From IMG/VR virus record IMGVR_UViG_3300020171_000021, positions 2,972-66,971 of that record: a stretch of 64,000 nt of DNA; one strand, 5' to 3'. The position numbers were made by a program, and so were the translations under genes. Below, piece by piece: positions 18,884 to 27,722 of the stretch; positions within the stretch are counted from its first letter, which is position 1, and each line of letters opens with the position of its first letter. This DNA comes from a virus. Under the pieces are notes generated by a model that worked only from the letters and a program-made list of their open reading frames with translations, did not search any database and was not told where the DNA came from.

Positions 18884-20263
18884 ATGAATCAAGAAGAAAA
18901 AGGTGATGCAAAATTTTTGCCCGCATCCACTACAACTTGTGCAGGAACATTCGGAAGTCATCCTGATATGCAATATATACCCGCCATGCTTGGGGCGGTC
19001 GAAAATGAGATTTTAAAAAGTAAGTATGTTCCTTCTCAGCTTGGTCAAAAGAATGGAATCTATGAACAAACACGCTTTATACCTGCTACATATATTAGGT
19101 GGGCAAGTGACACTTATGCCAATTCAAAATTCATTCCTGCGGATGTTTTGACCTCAAGAACAAACCAGGTTGAAGACAAAGGCTTCTCGGTAACCTGGTG
19201 GCAAAAAGATTCAATGTTCCATTACGACAGCATGCTTGTAAGTGCATTTTATGGAATAAAAATTCCCAATTACAGAGAAAAATATAATATTCCGAGAAAA
19301 GGATTTACATTAATCGGTGACTCTGGAGGATTTCAAGTAGCTAATGTTGAAGGAGCAACAATGAATCCTGCAAATTTGGCTAGATGGTATAACGAAAACG
19401 TAGACAAGGGATTTATATTGGATACACCAATTGTCAAATACGACCCACATCATAAAAAGTCTATGCCATTTGATTTTGAAACGGCGCTAAATAGAACTTA
19501 TAGTGATACTGAAACTATGATGAAAATTACAGACGTTCCTCTTTATGGCATAATGCATGGACATAATAAGGAGCAACTAAATGCCTGGTGGAAGAAGATG
19601 AGTGACTTTCATTTCGACGCCTGGTGTGGCGGTGCTAAACCTGCATCAGACCCAATGCTTCAAGCACTTATGTGCATGCAACTAAAAGAGTTTGACATCA
19701 AGAGAGTTCACATACTGGGAGTTTCTGGATTTAGTGTGGTTCCAGTTCTCGCATACGCATCGAAATATTTTGATTTTCTAAGTTACGACTCTGGTTCATA
19801 TGGCGAAGGAGCCATGTACCGCGCCTACCGGTTTCCGCAAAATCCACAAGCAAAAATATATTTTGGACGTGACAATAAAAATCATCTTAAAACATTACCA
19901 TGTGACTGCGAAGTATGCAGATGGGCAGAACCAGAAATGCTTTACAAAGAAGATTCATTAGCTGGAGCATTGTTATCATTACATAACCTGATAATTTATA
20001 TCCGATATAATCAGTTTATGAAAAGTATTGCAAAGGATGAAGAATACTTCAGACAATACCTCCAAGGAAATTTTGAGCCAAGTGATTGTGGAGAAAAAGA
20101 AGGACGCAAAGGTATGAAGCCAAAAGTTCTTGAAGCAATTGACTTCATCGAGTACACGGCCACAAATGGATTAGATGCAGGATATCAAAAGTACAAAAAA
20201 TATTTTGAAACTGAAACTGTAGCTCCAGTGTTTGCAGAAGAACGTGGTTCATTGTTTGATTAA
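18884..20263 (+). CDS. dpdA: TGT-superfamily transglycosylase (DpdA-like)
   Basis: GDSGGFQ, ILD, MHG, HILGVS, YDSGS and the Zn site CDCEVC...HN. Confidence 0.8.
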   Translation: MNQEEKGDAKFLPASTTTCAGTFGSHPDMQYIPAMLGAVENEILKSKYVPSQLGQKNGIYEQTRFIPATYIRWASDTYANSKFIPADVLTSRTNQVEDKGFSVTWWQKDSMFHYDSMLVSAFYGIKIPNYREKYNIPRKGFTLIGDSGGFQVANVEGATMNPANLARWYNENVDKGFILDTPIVKYDPHHKKSMPFDFETALNRTYSDTETMMKITDVPLYGIMHGHNKEQLNAWWKKMSDFHFDAWCGGAKPASDPMLQALMCMQLKEFDIKRVHILGVSGFSVVPVLAYASKYFDFLSYDSGSYGEGAMYRAYRFPQNPQAKIYFGRDNKNHLKTLPCDCEVCRWAEPEMLYKEDSLAGALLSLHNLIIYIRYNQFMKSIAKDEEYFRQYLQGNFEPSDCGEKEGRKGMKPKVLEAIDFIEYTATNGLDAGYQKYKKYFETETVAPVFAEERGSLFD

Positions 20264-20403
20264 CTCGGTAGTAATATGAAAGCAAAATCACAAGCTGAAA
20301 TAGACATTGTGGATAAAATAAATGCAATTACCGATACAATAACAGGATTGGAAAACGGTATTAAAGTATTGCAACAAGAATTAATAATAGTGAGAAATAC
20401 ACA

Positions 20404-22437
20404 ATGAAAGAATTGCGCTTAGGATTTATAGACATAGAGGTAGAGAGTCCTTTAGAATTTCCTAAGCCAGAATTTGCTAAATTTCCAATAACTGGCATTA
20501 CTCATTATGACAGTTTTTTGGATAAGTATTTCACTTTAACATATCAAGCAGGGCAAAAAGTTGAATTTATTCAGCGTGCGCCAAACTGGGATGTCTACCA
20601 TTTTGACGACCCGTTGCAACTTGGAATAAGATATGTGAAATTAATGCGATTTTTAGACCCTGATGTAATTATTGGATTCTACAGTAGAAAGTTCGACTTA
20701 CCTTATCTATTCAAGTGGTTTGAAAATAATAAACTTCCAGTTGGGTCGTTCTCAAATCTGGGCAATGCCTATTACAGCAGAGAAAAACCTGTTATTGAAG
20801 GTCGCCATACATTTGACTTACATGATGCTGATAGAACTTTTAAGAAAAGAACGTCTTACAAATTAAAAGATATTGCCATCGAAGAAAATCTTCCTGTGAA
20901 AAAAATGGAGATTGATTGCAACCCGGGCAGAGTTCTTGAGCTGCGTGGCATGGCAATAATGGAAGAATACAATAAGGTAGACGTTGAAACCACTGTTGAA
21001 ATGGATAAAAAACTTCAGCACTTAAAACGATTTGTTGCCAGGTGGAGACTTGCAGGTCTTAATGACATAGATAAAGCAATGTCTAATTCTGTGGTTATTG
21101 ATAATGTAATGCTGCGAGATGCAAAAAACAATAATATAGTTCTTCCATCAAAACCTGATAAAGTTTCAGATAATGATGAAGACGACGATATAACTGGCGG
21201 GCTTGTTCTTCAACCAATAATCGGAATACATGACTGGGTAGACGTATTTGATATGACAAGATTCTATCCTATGCTAATTCTTCTACTTTGCATGAGTCCT
21301 GAAAATATCAGTGAATTTGGAACTTTTGTTTCGTCAAACGGAACTCGATTTATAAATAATCCAAATGCTTTCTTGCCACGTATTGTTGCAAAACTCTTTT
21401 TAGAACGAGATAAAGTTCAAGCAGAGAAAAAGAAATTATCTCCTGATGACCCATTATATTGGAAGTTATCAGAAGAAGATGAGAATATTAAATTCCTAGT
21501 AAATTCTATTTTTGGCGTTACTGGATTGAAAACATTCAGATTATATGACCCAAGAATAACAGATAGTATAACCACATCTGGTCAAACTATGATTCGAGAG
21601 GTTAAAACATATAACGAATCAAAAAACCTTGTTGTAACTTACGGTGACACAGATAGTAATCATACAAAAATGAATGTGTCAAACATTGATGACGCATTAA
21701 AAACCGGAGAAATTTTAGCAACTGAACTTAATACCATGTTTCCGATTTGGGCAAAAAAACATTTTAATGTTGACAATGGAGAGACATTAAAAATTGTATT
21801 TGAAAAAATATATCGCAGAATAGTTTATATTCCAAAAAAGGATGGCGATGGTGCAAAGAAACGATATTTTGCTAGATTGGTTTATGAGAAAGGTAAAATA
21901 ACAGACCAAATATATGTTAGAGGTCTGGATTATAGACGGTCTGACGCATCAAAAGTAACCAAGGATATGCAATGGGAAATAATGAAAATAATTTTATATA
22001 CCGAGAATATGCAAGAAATGAAAAATAAAATAATTGCATATCTGAGACCAATTATAGATAATTTTGAAAATTTACCATTATCTGATATCGGAATGCCTCA
22101 ATCTTTTACAAAACCATTAACATCATATGGTAGAGAAGGAAAAGGCGGCCAGAAAATCGGTCTTGACCCAGAAATCAGAGCTGGATTATATTGTAATAAT
22201 TATTTGAACACAAATTATGGTGAGGGGTCAACGGTAAAATTATTGCACATAACAAAAATAGAAGGATATCCGCAGACGGACGTTATTGTATTTGATGACG
22301 AGAAAACACTTCCAAAAATTGAAGTAAATTATTCTAAAATGATTGATTCCACAATAAAAAAGAAAATTGAAAGAATTATTTCAGTTGCTGGGGTTTCATG
22401 GAATGAAGTTATAGGGACGCCGACACTATTTGACTAA
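20404..22437 (+). CDS. polB: Family B DNA polymerase, exonuclease and polymerase domains
   Basis: DIE (ExoI), FDLPY (ExoII), YNKVD (ExoIII), DMTRFYP (motif A), KFLVNSIFG (B), YGDTDS (C) and KKRY. Confidence 0.95.
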   Translation: MKELRLGFIDIEVESPLEFPKPEFAKFPITGITHYDSFLDKYFTLTYQAGQKVEFIQRAPNWDVYHFDDPLQLGIRYVKLMRFLDPDVIIGFYSRKFDLPYLFKWFENNKLPVGSFSNLGNAYYSREKPVIEGRHTFDLHDADRTFKKRTSYKLKDIAIEENLPVKKMEIDCNPGRVLELRGMAIMEEYNKVDVETTVEMDKKLQHLKRFVARWRLAGLNDIDKAMSNSVVIDNVMLRDAKNNNIVLPSKPDKVSDNDEDDDITGGLVLQPIIGIHDWVDVFDMTRFYPMLILLLCMSPENISEFGTFVSSNGTRFINNPNAFLPRIVAKLFLERDKVQAEKKKLSPDDPLYWKLSEEDENIKFLVNSIFGVTGLKTFRLYDPRITDSITTSGQTMIREVKTYNESKNLVVTYGDTDSNHTKMNVSNIDDALKTGEILATELNTMFPIWAKKHFNVDNGETLKIVFEKIYRRIVYIPKKDGDGAKKRYFARLVYEKGKITDQIYVRGLDYRRSDASKVTKDMQWEIMKIILYTENMQEMKNKIIAYLRPIIDNFENLPLSDIGMPQSFTKPLTSYGREGKGGQKIGLDPEIRAGLYCNNYLNTNYGEGSTVKLLHITKIEGYPQTDVIVFDDEKTLPKIEVNYSKMIDSTIKKKIERIISVAGVSWNEVIGTPTLFD

Positions 22438-22460
22438 AAGTTTATATAAAGAGAAAACAG
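22438..22460 (+). promoter_or_regulatory. Archaeal TATA promoter, 23-bp exact repeat copy 1
   Basis: AAGTTTATATAAAGAGAAAACAG, identical at 24007-24029. Confidence 0.75.
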
Positions 22461-22467
22461 TTTAAGT

Positions 22468-22962
22468 ATGAGGACAGTAACAATGAACATAGCTATAGAC
22501 CTTGATGGTACACTTACAAAAGAAGATGTCGGTAGTCTACCGCTCAATATGTTTGATGACCGAGATTATATTGATTTATTCTTAGAAAATTGTACTCCAG
22601 CAAACGGAATAGAAGTATTGAACGAGTACGGAATAATTCCATTAATCATTACTGGAAGAGATGAGAAGCGTCGTGAATTAACCACTGCATGGTTGAATAA
22701 ACATAATATTCGTTTCAAATCGCTTATTATGGCGCCACATAATTATTATCTTGAAAACGGCCAAGTAAATTTTACCTGGGAGAAATATTCTCAATTAAAA
22801 CTTAACCAACATAGACAACATGATATAAGTATGGCATTTGATGACAAATTATGTTCGGTTGAAATATTGAACCAGCATGGTATCTTATCATTCTTAGTTC
22901 AAAATAATCTGCGTGAAATTATTGAAAATGCTATGAATAATTACGGAGGACAATATGTTTGA
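22468..22962 (+). CDS. HAD-family phosphatase (PNK 3'-phosphatase/nucleotidase-like)
   Basis: IDLDGTL, ITGR, K and FDD motifs. Real start is probably ATG 22483. Confidence 0.85.
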   Translation: MRTVTMNIAIDLDGTLTKEDVGSLPLNMFDDRDYIDLFLENCTPANGIEVLNEYGIIPLIITGRDEKRRELTTAWLNKHNIRFKSLIMAPHNYYLENGQVNFTWEKYSQLKLNQHRQHDISMAFDDKLCSVEILNQHGILSFLVQNNLREIIENAMNNYGGQYV

Positions 22963-23533
22963 ACATTTTAAAAATAAAATCGTGACGATTGAAGGAGCAG
23001 ATGGAACTGGGAAGGATACCATCTGTAATCTTCTGCAAGAAAAACTTCCAAATAGTGTTATAGTAAGGTTTCCAAATAGAGCCAACCCATCAGGACAAGT
23101 TATAGATGCTATTTTGAAAAAACAAAAACCTATGGAGCCGTTGTCATTTCAGGCACTGCAAGTCATAAATAAAATCGAAACTTTAAAACATATCGAGCGC
23201 AGTTCTGTAATTTGTAATCCTGATTATTTTATCTTCTGCAGATATTATCAGTCGGCATATGTGTACGGAATGAATGATGGAATCCCGTTAGAATATTCGC
23301 AGGACATTAATTCAGTTCTTCCAGAGAGTTGGCTAACCATCATTCTGCACGGTAAAAATTACGGAAAGCACGAAGAGTATTATGAACAGGATGATGTCCA
23401 GAATAAGATTTCTCAAAGTTATCTGGATTTAGCAAAAAAGTTTGGGTGGACAAAAATAATAAATCATCATACACCAGACGAAATTGTTTCAATGATACTT
23501 GATGCAATAAGTAGGAGACAAGAGGAATCATGA
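22955..23533 (+). CDS. Thymidylate-kinase-family dNMP kinase
   Basis: IEGADGTGKDT and RFP. The usual DRY motif reads CRY here. Confidence 0.85.
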   Translation: MFEHFKNKIVTIEGADGTGKDTICNLLQEKLPNSVIVRFPNRANPSGQVIDAILKKQKPMEPLSFQALQVINKIETLKHIERSSVICNPDYFIFCRYYQSAYVYGMNDGIPLEYSQDINSVLPESWLTIILHGKNYGKHEEYYEQDDVQNKISQSYLDLAKKFGWTKIINHHTPDEIVSMILDAISRRQEES

Positions 23534-23868
23534 TTGACATTAAACGATTGATAACAGATTGCGCAGAAAATGCCAACAAACATGGTTGGTTTATTTTATG
23601 GGATATCAAAAAAATAATTCGCCAAGATGAAAAAATAAAAGTATTATCTATCGGCGATGCTCTTTGCTTATGTCATTCAGAATTAAGTGAAGCTTTAGAA
23701 GCACATAGAGATGATGATATTGAGCAGTTTTCAGAAGAAATTGCAGATGAGTTTATTCGACTTTTTCACTTATGTGGTGACTTAAACATAGATATTGAAA
23801 AATATATTGTTTTAAAAATGTCAAAAAACAAATTAAGACCGATTAATCACGGTAGAATAAATTATTAA
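23530..23868 (+). CDS. MazG-like nucleotide pyrophosphohydrolase
   Basis: HSELSEALEA...EEIADEFIR. Confidence 0.88.
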   Translation: MIDIKRLITDCAENANKHGWFILWDIKKIIRQDEKIKVLSIGDALCLCHSELSEALEAHRDDDIEQFSEEIADEFIRLFHLCGDLNIDIEKYIVLKMSKNKLRPINHGRINY

Positions 23869-24006
23869 AGGTATAGTTATCATTTGTGTTTAAATACCTT
23901 ACCTTTACCTTTTTGTATTAATTTTAAGTGGATAAGCCCCTTGTCCATCAAATTTATAGGAGAGCTGCACCCTATTAAATGATAGAGGGATTGTTGTCTG
24001 GACATT

Positions 24007-24029
24007 AAGTTTATATAAAGAGAAAACAG
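24007..24029 (+). promoter_or_regulatory. Archaeal TATA promoter, 23-bp exact repeat copy 2
   Basis: Identical to 22438-22460; followed by GAGGACAG. Confidence 0.75.
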
Positions 24030-24099
24030 ATAAAGATAAGAGGACAGAAGAATGAATCATATTGTATCTTCTACTAATTACGCATAACAAAAAGAAAAC

Positions 24100-24285
24100 A
24101 TGATAGATTATACAAAAAGAAATACTCGTAACGCATGGAGTAATTTAAGAAAATGGACACGTGCATTAAAATTAAGGTTAGAAATACCTAAAAGCAGAAG
24201 AACATATAAAATGAGATGGCAAATAAGAGAATGTGCTTTAAATATTGGTTATGCTAACAAAATATTAACATGGAGCCGAAAATAA
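24100..24285 (+). CDS. Small basic protein
   Basis: Arg/Lys-rich ORF in operon orientation. Confidence 0.45.
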   Translation: MIDYTKRNTRNAWSNLRKWTRALKLRLEIPKSRRTYKMRWQIRECALNIGYANKILTWSRK

Positions 24286-24292
24286 AGAAGAA

Positions 24293-25252
24293 TTGTGGCG
24301 GAAGATGAAACAACTACTGGTGGACGAATTACGACCAACGACGATTGATGACATAGTCGTTGACGAACAAGTTTTAGACCCAATCATAACGTGGGCGAAC
24401 CTCTGGGCAAACATGCTGCCAAATCCAGAGAAACCAGGCATACTTTTTATAGGACATCCTGGAACTGGGAAGACCACTATGGCCAAAGCTTTAGCAGCTG
24501 ATATGGGATGGAATTTAATTGAAACAAATGCCTCAGACGTACGAAGTAGCTCAAAAATAAACAATATATCAATTGGGCAAAAAGATTTATTTGACCGTAT
24601 AAATTGTTTATTATTTGATGAAGTAGATTCGATGCATGGTAAAGATGATAAAGGTGGAGGTGCAACAATAGCTGAAATGATTACAGAAGCTAGAATACCT
24701 ATCATTTTAACCGCAAACAATAAACATAAAGTTTCAAAAAAGATAATGAACAAATGTGAAGTGGTGCAATTTAGACGCCCGTCAGTAAGTGCATTAAAAA
24801 CATATTTGTTTACACTTGTTAGAAATCGCAATATGGTTGTTTCATCTGACGTAATGACTGCAGCTGCAGCAACTCAAGATTACAGACTTGGGCTAGCTAT
24901 GATTGAAGCAAATACCATTTATTGTATGATGCCCAGAGAAGGATGGATTGAAGCAGAATCTAAGAAAGCACTAAATGGTGAGCCGTGGAATCTTGATGAT
25001 GTAACTTCGTTGCTTTATAATCTTGAAGAGAATGCGTTTCGTAATATGGGATATGCAGATACGGTTAAAGCATATGATATTTTTTCACTTTCGGACAGAT
25101 ATAAAAGAAGGAGACAGTCTCATTTTAGTAAACAGGTAATAAAGAGGTTGCCGAAATTGATTTTAGAGGAGCCTCTTGAATTTGTGAGGCCAATTTTTTT
25201 CCAGAAGAAAAAAGATAAAGAAAAGAAAGAAGATAAAGATGACGGAAATTAA
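24293..25252 (+). CDS. rfcL: Replication factor C large subunit (short)
   Basis: ELRP, GHPGTGKTT, ETNASD, FDEVD and PIILTAN. Start is probably ATG 24305. Confidence 0.85.
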   Translation: MWRKMKQLLVDELRPTTIDDIVVDEQVLDPIITWANLWANMLPNPEKPGILFIGHPGTGKTTMAKALAADMGWNLIETNASDVRSSSKINNISIGQKDLFDRINCLLFDEVDSMHGKDDKGGGATIAEMITEARIPIILTANNKHKVSKKIMNKCEVVQFRRPSVSALKTYLFTLVRNRNMVVSSDVMTAAAATQDYRLGLAMIEANTIYCMMPREGWIEAESKKALNGEPWNLDDVTSLLYNLEENAFRNMGYADTVKAYDIFSLSDRYKRRRQSHFSKQVIKRLPKLILEEPLEFVRPIFFQKKKDKEKKEDKDDGN

Positions 25253-25439
25253 ATGTGTTCTTTTTGGACGTAAAATTAAGACTGGAACGATTTGTCCAAG
25301 TGCATTTAATGAAGACAGATTACGATGCTATAAAGAATGTGGATTCAATAAAACTAAATGGAATCCGGAAAAAGGTGCATCTTTAAGAATTCAAAGAAAT
25401 AAAAACGATGGGCGGAAACAATCTTGTTTTAAAAATTAG
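25239..25439 (+). CDS. Small Cys-containing protein
   Basis: Overlaps the rfcL stop; several Cys residues. Confidence 0.5.
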   Translation: MTEIKCVLFGRKIKTGTICPSAFNEDRLRCYKECGFNKTKWNPEKGASLRIQRNKNDGRKQSCFKN

Positions 25440-25529
25440 TGTTTCGATATAGAATTTTTAAAAATTCGTTATCGGCAATTTTTTATTTTTTCTATACGGA
25501 TTTAAAGAATTGTCTAAACATTTATATAA

Positions 25530-27158
25530 ATGAATTACTGTAAAGATATTAATAAGGTAAATATGACACAAAGTAAAGAAGATTTGGTACAGGAATGGCG
25601 TTCACGTGCAATTGATTTGGTGGATAAATATCATGTTAAAACTCTTCCGGCAAGAAAGGAAGGCGAGATGTGGATATGGAACGGAAAGTATTATAACAGA
25701 TATGGACAGCAACAACTTTGTTCTGAACTTTTAAACGGACAGGATGGCAGATATTTGACCCCAAGTGATGCTGATAAAGTTTTAAAATATATTGCCTCAA
25801 TTTCATTAGTTGAAAAGTGTGACCCTAAACCACGCTGTATAAATTTTGATAACGGCGTGCTTGAATATGATGTCATCGGACAAGTTCTTTTTAGAAAGCG
25901 CGAAGACCTTGCAGAACCGTGGAATTATAATTTCACTAATATCGTGCCTATTACATATGACACAACCGCAAATTGTCCAATTATTGACACTGTGCTTCAG
26001 CAAATCTTGATTGATAAAACCATTACTGAAGAAACAAAAATTAAAGAAGATTATGATGAATGGCAGTTAGCTTGGCAAGATGAATTAGAAAGAGAAGCTA
26101 AACAAGACGAATACATGATAGGATTGGCGCAAAAACATGAAGCAAGTCTGCTGCCTACTCCAGGAGAAGCCGACTGGAGCATAGTACAGAAGCCAAGGAT
26201 ACCCGCACAGATAGAAAGTATTAATGAAAAGATGCGTAAGATATACATCTTCGAAGAATATCTTGGATTATGTTTAATGTCTGACTACGAAATCAAGAAA
26301 GCGTTACTATTTGTCGGACGTAATGACACAGGTAAAACCACTATCATCAATATTGTGGAACAATTTTTATCAGAATCAAATGTTGCTCATTTAACCTTGC
26401 AGCGATTAGATGTCACCCAAAGTCCATTTAGTCCTGAAAAATTAAGAGATAAAATGGCAAATATAGCAGATGAAATGCCAATCATTCCCGTAAAAACCCT
26501 TGACACCTTCAAAAATGTAATTGGTGGAGGCAAAATCAGTGCATCAGTAAAATATAGTGACGATGTAATATTCATCAATACCGCAAAGATGCTTTTCACT
26601 GCAAATGAATTACCGTCTTTAAGTGCAGCTGCTAAAAACAGTGTATTGAATCGTTTTGTAATTGTAGAATTCTTAAACGAATTTATTGCTAGTGAAAATG
26701 GAACCAACCGAAAAATAAAAGATAAACGATATGACCCAAAAGAATTATCTGGTTTATTAAATCATGCGATTAATGGATTACAAAGACTTCTTAATCATGG
26801 ACGTTTCACTTATGATGATGAAGAAACGCCAACATTATGGGAAAAATGGCAAACTATGTCAAATCCATTAGAAGAATTCTTTGTGGTTAGAGTAGAAATT
26901 ACTCGACGAAAAGAGGATATGGTGCCAAAAAGTTTGCTTTATGATTGGTATAAATCATATTGTGCTGAAAATAAACTTCCTTCATCTATGACTTTAAATA
27001 AATTTAGTCGAGCAGTTGCACAGATGGATGGTGTTAAATCAGACAAGAAGTATGATGCTGATAAAACCAAAGGTGCAGGTGCAAGTCGTATGACAAATTA
27101 TTGGGTTGGCATTAGAAGAAGGGCAGGAATGGAAGCTCCTACATTATTCACAGAGTAA
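25530..27158 (+). CDS. SF3 helicase (D5/P4-type) with C-terminal winged helix, no primase domain
   Basis: INFDNG (D5_N), Walker A GRNDTGKTT, Walker B ANIADE and motif C FTAN. Start is probably 25562. Confidence 0.9.
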   Translation: MNYCKDINKVNMTQSKEDLVQEWRSRAIDLVDKYHVKTLPARKEGEMWIWNGKYYNRYGQQQLCSELLNGQDGRYLTPSDADKVLKYIASISLVEKCDPKPRCINFDNGVLEYDVIGQVLFRKREDLAEPWNYNFTNIVPITYDTTANCPIIDTVLQQILIDKTITEETKIKEDYDEWQLAWQDELEREAKQDEYMIGLAQKHEASLLPTPGEADWSIVQKPRIPAQIESINEKMRKIYIFEEYLGLCLMSDYEIKKALLFVGRNDTGKTTIINIVEQFLSESNVAHLTLQRLDVTQSPFSPEKLRDKMANIADEMPIIPVKTLDTFKNVIGGGKISASVKYSDDVIFINTAKMLFTANELPSLSAAAKNSVLNRFVIVEFLNEFIASENGTNRKIKDKRYDPKELSGLLNHAINGLQRLLNHGRFTYDDEETPTLWEKWQTMSNPLEEFFVVRVEITRRKEDMVPKSLLYDWYKSYCAENKLPSSMTLNKFSRAVAQMDGVKSDKKYDADKTKGAGASRMTNYWVGIRRRAGMEAPTLFTE

Positions 27159-27460
27159 TTTTTAATTTCTATCTCTTCTATACTGATATTTTGCAATGTG
27201 ATGCTAAATCCATCAAATTGTTTTTATGTCAGAGCAAAAAATCAGTATAGAAACAGTAGAAGAACCACAATACGTCATTGTTCTATATCTATTGGTCGAT
27301 TTTATATCTTTATATGTATGCGTATGTATATAGTAGATAGTTAGTAAATCAAGATAGATAACATAGAGTATGGTATGCCATCAAAATTTATTTGTCGATA
27401 TAGAAGAAAAAATAATCACAATCCGTAAGGTTTAAATCACATAAAAAGAATATATAATTA
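27159..27460. other. Candidate replication origin
   Basis: Largest non-coding gap, next to the helicase. Contains an 18/19 inverted repeat (27176-27194/27234-27252), several TATAGAA copies and an AT-rich tract. Confidence 0.5.
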
Positions 27461-27464
27461 AATT

Positions 27465-27719
27465 ATGCCAGCAAACGTAACTCAAAAAATTATCACTATG
27501 TCAGATGCTTCTAGAAAAAATTTAGGAGATTTAGTGACAATGGCAAAACTTGAAGAAATAAAAATTACAGATTCAAGCATGATTGCATGGGCAATTAAAA
27601 CCTTAAGAGATTCAATCATAGAGATGAAAAATAGTGGACTTAATTTAAAGCCAGTGTTTTTAGATGGACAATCATTTAGAAATCGTAAACAAAAAAAGAA
27701 TAAATTTATGGAGGATTAA
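27465..27719 (+). CDS. Small putative RHH-type DNA-binding protein
   Basis: Strand-helix-helix pattern KIITMSD...SSMIAWAI. Confidence 0.5.
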   Translation: MPANVTQKIITMSDASRKNLGDLVTMAKLEEIKITDSSMIAWAIKTLRDSIIEMKNSGLNLKPVFLDGQSFRNRKQKKNKFMED

Positions 27720-27722
27720 CTC

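Noticed and set aside
20404-27158. Inteins in PolB, RFC or helicase
   Set aside because: Lengths are normal. The roughly 65-aa acidic insertion in the helicase lacks intein terminal motifs.
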